Under the pieces are notes generated by a model. That model was not told the DNA's origin, made no database searches, and saw nothing but the letters and a program-made list of their open reading frames with translations. Positions 26,573 to 32,000 of a stretch of DNA of 32,000 bases are shown here, one piece after another. Both the position numbers and the translations under genes were made by a program. Origin of the DNA: Edaphobacter aggregans. Lineage in GTDB: Bacteria > Acidobacteriota > Terriglobia > Terriglobales > Acidobacteriaceae. The stretch covers positions 5,640,001-5,672,000 of the forward strand of contig NZ_RSDW01000001.1 in assembly GCF_003945235.1 (NCBI RefSeq). Reading direction: 5' to 3'. Each line of letters opens with the position of its first letter. The first letter of the stretch is position 1.

Positions 26573-28615
26573 TTACTTCGTTGGTGCCGCTGAAGTTCCA
26601 TTCGGGGTTATAGCCCCACTGACCGTCTTCGGATCGACGGTGATCTCCTTTAGCTTCGCCTCAACATCAGATGAGACATCTTCCTGGAAGCGGCCGCCGA
26701 GATACTTAGCGATGAACTTCTCCATCGCCGTGACCATCGCCAGATTGTTAATGGGCCTGGCGAAGCCGTGGCCTTCGTCGGGAGCAACGAGATACTCAAC
26801 CGGTTTTCCGTTATCGCGCACTGCCGCCACGATTTGGTTGCTTTCGCGGACATTCACGCGCGGATCGTTCTTACCCTGCACCACCATCAGCGGTGTCACA
26901 ATTGCCTTTGCCTGGGTTAGCGGAGACTCGGCAATCAGCAATGCCTTGCCCTCGGGTGTCGTCGGATCACCCATACGCGTGTACATCTGCTTGCGCATTG
27001 CCTCCCAGTACGGCGGAATAGCGTCGAGCAGCGTGATGAGGTTCGACGGCGCGGCATAGGCTACAGCCACTGCGTAGACATGCGGAGTGAAAGCCACGCC
27101 GGCCAGCGTTGCGTAACCGCCATAAGACACGCCAAAGATGCCAACGCGCTTCGGGTCCACCGTGCCGTCGGCGACCAGCGCCTTTACCCCCCAGGTCAGA
27201 TCGTCCTGCATCTTGCGGCCCCACTCGCCATTGCCAGCGTTTAGGAACTTCTTGCCATAGCCCGTAGATGCGCGGAAGTTTGGCTGCAATACCGCATATC
27301 CGCGATTGGACAGGAATTGGGCAAAGGTGTCATAACCGAACGAATCGCGCCCCCATGGCCCGCCATGTGGCAGGACGATCAGTGGTAGGTTTTTGGTCGA
27401 CAGCCCTTTCGGCAACGTCAGATAAGCTGGGATGTCGAGACCGTCGGACGACTTGAAATGGTAGGGCCTGCGTTGTGAGAGCGACGTCCGCGGCAACTCC
27501 TCGCGGATGCGGTACTGCAGCACAAGCGTCTTCGCCTTACGGTTCCAAACATAGGTCTCGCCGGGTTCCGTGTCGTTGTGCGCGATTACGATCCAGATGT
27601 TCTCATCCTTCGACCGCGCACCAAATGCGATCTCCTTGTCCGGCAGTTCTGTTTGCAGCCAGCGGTACTCCTTCTCAAACGCCTTGTCCTTGAAATACAA
27701 CCGGACGCGGTCGTCCTCATACTGCGTGAAGAGCACGTGGTAGTCGATGTCGGATCTCTGCACCCTACCCAGATCGACACGCTTCTCCGGATCGCTCTCG
27801 ACCTTGGTCGTCGCGCCAGTGGTGGGATCAAGCAGATCCAGTTCGGTCAGGTCTAATGATCCCTTGTTCGTGATCAGGTAGACCTGTTTGTTAGCCGCGT
27901 CGAAGCCTGCCACCCTGCATCCTTCCAAGACGGTGCAGTTGTAGATCTGCTTGAAGCCGTCTGGGTCGACACGTAGGAGCTCCGTGTCGCCCACCTGGTT
28001 CGTGCGGTCCGCCAGCCGCAGGTTGCCATCGTTATCGAACTCCCATCCAGCGATGTTCTCCGTGTTCTTGCGGACCAGCGTTTTCTCGCCCGTTGACAGG
28101 TGCAATTCATAGAGATCGTGCCAGCGCGGGTCACGGTCGTTCAGACCGATGTAGAGAATGTCCGGCTTCGACTTGGGCACGGCGAATATTAGGGTCCGCA
28201 CGCCCTTCAGGTCTGTCAGAGCGCGCGTTGGCGGCACGCCTGTCTTCGGATCTGCTGCGAGTGTCGGATCAATGGCATAGACATTGAAGTTCTCATCACC
28301 GCCCACATCCTGCACGTACAGAATGTACTTGGAATCCCGGCTCCAGAAATAGCCCGGAATAGGCCGTGTAGCCTCCGCACTTACCGGGCGCGCCACGCTG
28401 AATGGATCAGTCGCCTTCTTGACCCAGATATTTCGCGTGCCCTTATAAGGCTTCAGAAACGATAGATACTGCCCGTCTGGCGAGATCTGCGCACCAGCAA
28501 TCTGCACTTCGCCAAAGAAGAGCTGACGGTCGATGATCGGTGGCTGCTGCGCACGAACAGCAATCGGTGAGGCAAGGCTGGCAAACATGAGTGCAGAAAA
28601 AACAAGATTCTTCAT
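26573..28615 (-). CDS. S9 family serine peptidase (prolyl oligopeptidase / dipeptidyl-peptidase-like), secreted.
   Basis: Start set at MKNLVFSALMFASLASPIAVRAQQ (signal peptide). N-terminal beta-propeller region. Catalytic GVSYGGYA nucleophile elbow, later ...VVQGKNDPRV... and ...PDEGHGF (Asp/His region). Confidence 0.92.
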   Translation of the reverse strand: MKNLVFSALMFASLASPIAVRAQQPPIIDRQLFFGEVQIAGAQISPDGQYLSFLKPYKGTRNIWVKKATDPFSVARPVSAEATRPIPGYFWSRDSKYILYVQDVGGDENFNVYAIDPTLAADPKTGVPPTRALTDLKGVRTLIFAVPKSKPDILYIGLNDRDPRWHDLYELHLSTGEKTLVRKNTENIAGWEFDNDGNLRLADRTNQVGDTELLRVDPDGFKQIYNCTVLEGCRVAGFDAANKQVYLITNKGSLDLTELDLLDPTTGATTKVESDPEKRVDLGRVQRSDIDYHVLFTQYEDDRVRLYFKDKAFEKEYRWLQTELPDKEIAFGARSKDENIWIVIAHNDTEPGETYVWNRKAKTLVLQYRIREELPRTSLSQRRPYHFKSSDGLDIPAYLTLPKGLSTKNLPLIVLPHGGPWGRDSFGYDTFAQFLSNRGYAVLQPNFRASTGYGKKFLNAGNGEWGRKMQDDLTWGVKALVADGTVDPKRVGIFGVSYGGYATLAGVAFTPHVYAVAVAYAAPSNLITLLDAIPPYWEAMRKQMYTRMGDPTTPEGKALLIAESPLTQAKAIVTPLMVVQGKNDPRVNVRESNQIVAAVRDNGKPVEYLVAPDEGHGFARPINNLAMVTAMEKFIAKYLGGRFQEDVSSDVEAKLKEITVDPKTVSGAITPNGTSAAPTK

Positions 28616-28861
28616 GAGCGGCCCCCAGAAGAAGAATGGACGCCTTCTGAAGATACGCCTGCGCAAATGTCAAACGGAACAGAATTTCGGGTAGCGGTCA
28701 GTTTGAAGCCGACTCGGGCAACTTATCGAAAGCTGACTTTGCAGGTACAACAGGATAGCTTCCGGGTAGCCCGTTACTCCGGAGCTATGCGGAACCTTTA
28801 CGTTCAGGAACAGGGATGGAAGTAGTCTGAAAAGCCATCCGAACCGAGCCGTTTTCTGTCT

Positions 28862-30166
28862 TCATGGTGTCACCCTGTAACGGTCGCGAGGATAAAGCAC
28901 AGCCTGACGTATATTGGGAAGATTCAGAATTCGAGCCGTAAGCCTCTCAAGTCCAATGGCAAAGCCTCCGTGAGGTGGCATTCCCAAGTCAAACATCCTG
29001 AGGTGGTTTTCAAAGTTGGTGGGCTCAATTCCTCGTCCACGTAGAGCCGCTTCTAGATCTTCGCGATGGTGCAATCTCTGACCACCGGTTGTTATCTCTA
29101 TTCCTTCAAAGAGCAGGTCAAAGCTGCTGGCAGCTCCATTGCTGCCTCGCGGAGCACTGTAAAAGGGCCGCGCTAAGAGCGGAAAGCCCAAGACAAAAAC
29201 AGCAGCGGTTCCCGTTCTCTCATTTGCGAGTTGACACAACTGCCGTTCCGCCTCGGGATCCAGGTCATCTGTTAGATCCGTCCGATTGAAGTGTTCTTTG
29301 AGAAGTTCCAGGCACTCTCCAAACTCCCAGCATGGCACATCAAGCATCCGCGGAAGTGGAGTCTTCCTGTATGTGTTCAGAACCGGAGCATGGTTTTGCT
29401 CGATCCGATCAAAGATATAGGCCAACAACTCGCGCTCAAGTTGAATGACGTCCTCGGGGCCATCGATGAAACTGAATTCGACGTCCAGAGAATAGTACTC
29501 AGTGAGGTGACGGCGGGTTGAATGTGGTTCAGCTCGATATACATGACCTGTCTCAAAAACTCTCTCATAACCCGCTACGGCGTGTTCCTTGTAAAATTGC
29601 GGGCTTTGCGCCAGATAAGCAATACGGTCAAAGTACTTCAGTTCGAAGAGATTCGTCCCGCCTTCTGTTCCCGACGCAACAATCTTTGAAGTGATGATCT
29701 CCGTGAAGCGGCGGTCAGTTAGGTACTCACGAAAGAACTTCAGCAAAGCTGCCTGAATGCGAAACACATTGCCTACGTATTCATTTCGCAGTGCAAGGGG
29801 ACGGTACTCCGCGAGCTTCTCAAGCCCGACCGATTCAATATCTGCCGCAGAGTTGAAGGGAAGATTCTGTCCGGAGCGATTGAGAATGCGAGCCTCGAGA
29901 ATCTCAACTTCGCATCCGAGTTTTGCGCGTTCGTCGACTCGAACTCGACCACGAACTTCAATCACATCTTCAGTCTTAAGGTGAAGCTCTTCTATGACTT
30001 CTGTCGCTGCGACACACTGCGCCTCTCCAGAACAATCTTTCAGAATTACGAAAGTGGTCTTACTGAGCATACGGAGTCGATAGACCCAGCCACGGAGAAT
30101 AACCTCTCTTTGAGTGACTTCAGAAAGGGATTGAATGAAGATACGCGTGGTCGCCTTAGTGTGCAT
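28862..30166 (-). CDS. Class IIb aminoacyl-tRNA synthetase, archaeal/eukaryal-type (type 2) aspartate--tRNA ligase-like, about 434 aa.
   Basis: Start at MHTKATTR, preceded by a GGGGGAGG Shine-Dalgarno. OB-fold N-domain (VILRGWVYRLRMLSKTTFVILKD). QSPQFYKE. Motif 2 VYRAEPHSTRRHLTEYYSLDVEFSF. Motif 3 GGFAIGLERLTARILNLPNIRQAVLYPRDRYRVTP. No GAD-type insertion, so not the long bacterial form. Confidence 0.88.
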   Translation of the reverse strand: MHTKATTRIFIQSLSEVTQREVILRGWVYRLRMLSKTTFVILKDCSGEAQCVAATEVIEELHLKTEDVIEVRGRVRVDERAKLGCEVEILEARILNRSGQNLPFNSAADIESVGLEKLAEYRPLALRNEYVGNVFRIQAALLKFFREYLTDRRFTEIITSKIVASGTEGGTNLFELKYFDRIAYLAQSPQFYKEHAVAGYERVFETGHVYRAEPHSTRRHLTEYYSLDVEFSFIDGPEDVIQLERELLAYIFDRIEQNHAPVLNTYRKTPLPRMLDVPCWEFGECLELLKEHFNRTDLTDDLDPEAERQLCQLANERTGTAAVFVLGFPLLARPFYSAPRGSNGAASSFDLLFEGIEITTGGQRLHHREDLEAALRGRGIEPTNFENHLRMFDLGMPPHGGFAIGLERLTARILNLPNIRQAVLYPRDRYRVTP

Positions 30167-30612
30167 CGCAAAAACCTCCCCCAAAAGGAGCATCTTTGCT
30201 GGAGCCACGTTTGCGGCGGTACCATCCAGCTTCCGGACAAAACCGGCGCTTGATTAACGTTATTTCGTAACGATCCGTTTTCCCCTACTAGAGCCTGCTG
30301 AAGACAGCTTCTTTTTCGAGGAAACCTCTCAGAGGGGTCTGTCCTCTTCGACGAGTTCTCTCTATTTTGGCATGAGGCGTCCACCGAATACAAATGGAAT
30401 CAGCCATTGTGAGTCCATCAGCGTAAGAGCCGATCATCTATCCATAAGCTCACTAAATTGCTCTGGAGAGACGCACGCTTATGTTCTCCAAAATCCTGGA
30501 TGGTCGGCAACCCGGAAGTAGTCTCACAGATCAGTCCTATGGAATCAGCTTCTCTTCGCTGATCGATGCCCCCCGAGAAGCGCATTACTCATTACCATTA
30601 TGCGAAACGAGG

Positions 30613-31137
30613 CTATGATCCGTCTCTCCAATCGCGCGCCATAAATCGATCACCTTCGCCCGACAGAACACGCAGGGCTTTGGAGAGATTCCGGCTACGA
30701 GCGTCCAACGACTTCAATTGTGAGAAGCAGCGGAGTATTTCCTTCTTTCGATTAGGGACCAGTGCCGTCCAATTCTTCAGTGCCCGTGGATTTTCGTCGA
30801 GTGCTTGCTTGAACCATTGCGGCATGCGATGTTGTGGGCCGCTTCGATAATTGGCATCAAATGAGAGTTCCACGGATACACGATCACCCACGGATGTGCC
30901 TGATGCCTTTCGGACAGTTTCATGGAGGTACAGATAGAAATCTCCATTTCCCGCCGGCATCAGGTTAATTCGCCAAGGAACCTGGGGCTTATCGTTTATT
31001 CGTACCAAAACAGGAAGCGGTTTGCGCCAGCCCGGTGTGAGAGCCTCCGCCCGAGCGGAACTGACCGCAACAAACGGGTTGATACCTCTTACCTCTATCA
31101 ACGCGCTGAAATGGATAGGCATCGGAGTTCGAATCAC
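30613..31137 (-). CDS. DUF1905 / YdeI (OmdA)-like protein.
   Basis: N-terminal small beta-barrel-like part (IHFSALIEVRGINPFVAVSS...LPVLVRINDKPQVPWRINLMPAGNGDFYLYL). C-terminal helical part (MPQWFKQALDENPRALKNWTALVPNRKKEILRCFSQLKSLDARSRNLSKAL), typical of YdeI-like proteins. Confidence 0.72.
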   Translation of the reverse strand: MIRTPMPIHFSALIEVRGINPFVAVSSARAEALTPGWRKPLPVLVRINDKPQVPWRINLMPAGNGDFYLYLHETVRKASGTSVGDRVSVELSFDANYRSGPQHRMPQWFKQALDENPRALKNWTALVPNRKKEILRCFSQLKSLDARSRNLSKALRVLSGEGDRFMARDWRDGS

Positions 31138-31413
31138 AATCGGAGATTTGCCTTCTTCATATTGAGATTAATCAGCAACGGTTCAATTTCCCGCTAACCA
31201 ACTCTAACCATTATCCAGAAAGCAGATGAGAGATGCTTGACATATTCGTCCTAGGAATAATCATGAGTCTTAGTAAAAGTCGGCTTCCCGTCAGTAACTT
31301 TCTAGTTTGCCCGTTTACCCTCCCGGAATTTGCATATTGGATTGCGTCGGATGCGCTGGAACGCTCGCTGAGTGCGTTGACTATTTAGGCGCTCATTTAG
31401 AACCCTGTGCTAC

Positions 31414-32000
31414 CTAATCATGCCTCAAGGCAGTCACAGGATTCATCTTCATGGCCCTGAATGCTGGCAGGTAGCCTGCCAGCGTGCCCACCAGCAGCAT
31501 GGTGAGCGAAGCGCCTTCAAGAGTCACAGGATCGGCGGGCGAGAGGCCAAAGACCATATGTGCGATCAGGCGAGTCGCGGCAAGCGTAAAGGGAATTCCC
31601 ACAGCGATGCCTGCCAGCGTAAGCACGACCGCTTCGCGCAGAATCAGTTGCAGAATGCCTCTGCGCTGCGATCCCATCGCCATGCGAATTCCAATCTCGC
31701 GGGTTCGAAGTGTGACGGCGTATGACAGCAGGCCGAAGAGGCCAAATCCGGCAACAAGCAGCGTGATAGAAGCAAAAAATGTAGAGAGTGTCGCCGTCAT
31801 CTGCTCGTAGACAAAGGAGCGCTCGTTTTTCTCTTCGAATGTAGTAATGCCGGTCGCGTACTCGTGGCTAAAGGACCGTATCTTATCGACAGTGGCCTTG
31901 TTGATTCCGGCTGAGGCAGAGCCACGCAGCAGAAGCGTTCCTCCACCGGCAAAGTCGCGGAGCTGAAGAGCGGACGTATAGATGACAGGCGCATTGCCAT
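31414..32000 (-). CDS. ABC transporter permease, FtsX/MacB-like (acidobacterial ADOP type). C-terminal part; the 5' end lies outside the window.
   Basis: The frame is open to the window edge. ...TTFEEKNERSFVYEQMTATLSTFFASITLLVAGFGLFGLLSYAVTLRTREIGIRMAMGSQRRGILQLILREAVVLTLAGIAVG...MNPVTALRHD is the conserved FtsX C-terminal four-helix module. Confidence 0.85.
   Translation of the reverse strand, partial: GNAPVIYTSALQLRDFAGGGTLLLRGSASAGINKATVDKIRSFSHEYATGITTFEEKNERSFVYEQMTATLSTFFASITLLVAGFGLFGLLSYAVTLRTREIGIRMAMGSQRRGILQLILREAVVLTLAGIAVGIPFTLAATRLIAHMVFGLSPADPVTLEGASLTMLLVGTLAGYLPAFRAMKMNPVTALRHD

Noticed and set aside
26478-27059. 193-aa plus-strand ORF.
   Set aside because: Only the first 22 or so residues (MCGRYYRRSDKQRIAEAFHL) are meaningful. 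The remainder is antisense to the S9 peptidase gene.
30481-30618. 45-codon plus-strand ORF MFSKILDGRQPGSSLTDQSYGISFSSLIDAPREAHYSLPL... vaguely resembling the N-terminus of HIT-family proteins, ending inside the YdeI-like gene tail.
   Set aside because: The similarity is weak: it lacks the CxFC start and there is no HxHxH region. It may be another gene stub, but I cannot support it from sequence alone.
31237-31388. TTGACA box followed by an ATAATC/TAATCA-like box and a 41-codon ORF (MSLSKSRLPVSNF...).
   Set aside because: The spacer is only 14-15 nt, the ATG would be almost leaderless without a Shine-Dalgarno, and the peptide has no features. Treated as chance.

Overview
This 32 kb window looks like chromosomal DNA from a soil Acidobacteriota-type bacterium. 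That taxon guess is inference from gene content (ADOP/FtsX-type permease, HAF-repeat protein, giant YVTN/Ig protein, LytTR two-component system, ECF sigma with a long C-terminal extension). The window has no rRNA or tRNA to confirm it. I saw no CRISPR array, rRNA, tRNA or recognisable ncRNA.

Intact genes:
- A translationally coupled rhodanese-GNAT-PLP decarboxylase operon, divergent from a GlxA/FtrA regulator.
- An isochorismatase-family hydrolase.
- A 1640-aa secreted protein with about 16 YVTN propeller repeats, an Ig-like array, an MBG domain and an odd C-terminal double hydrophobic anchor.
- An NTF2-like/AraC divergent pair.
- A LytS-type kinase and LytTR regulator, divergent from a secreted HAF-repeat protein.
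- A signal-peptide epoxide hydrolase.
- A Tat-VOC / YCII / ECF sigma (C-terminal extension type) string.
- An S9 peptidase.
- A short archaeal/eukaryal-type AspRS paralogue with visibly lower G+C.
- A YdeI-like protein and the 3' part of an ADOP permease.

The most striking property is decay. At least ten gene remnants lie between the intact genes: a second GlxA regulator, an IS110 C-terminal fragment, an OMP beta-barrel, an alpha/beta hydrolase tail, a secreted hypothetical, a tyrosine recombinase fragment, a DUF1624-type membrane protein, an IS5/IS1182-like fragment and an SRAP N-terminus, plus a possible extra ORF ghost. This marks the window as a plasticity zone. Alternatively, some of these are homopolymer assembly errors, because several frameshifts sit in short mononucleotide runs.

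I do not see a recognisable known defence or secretion system. The candidates most worth follow-up are:
- the low-GC AspRS2-like gene;
- the sulfur/amine operon;
- the LytTR-HAF / giant adhesin-like neighbourhood;
- the rearrangement scars.

All family calls are by-eye motif recognition, not database searches.
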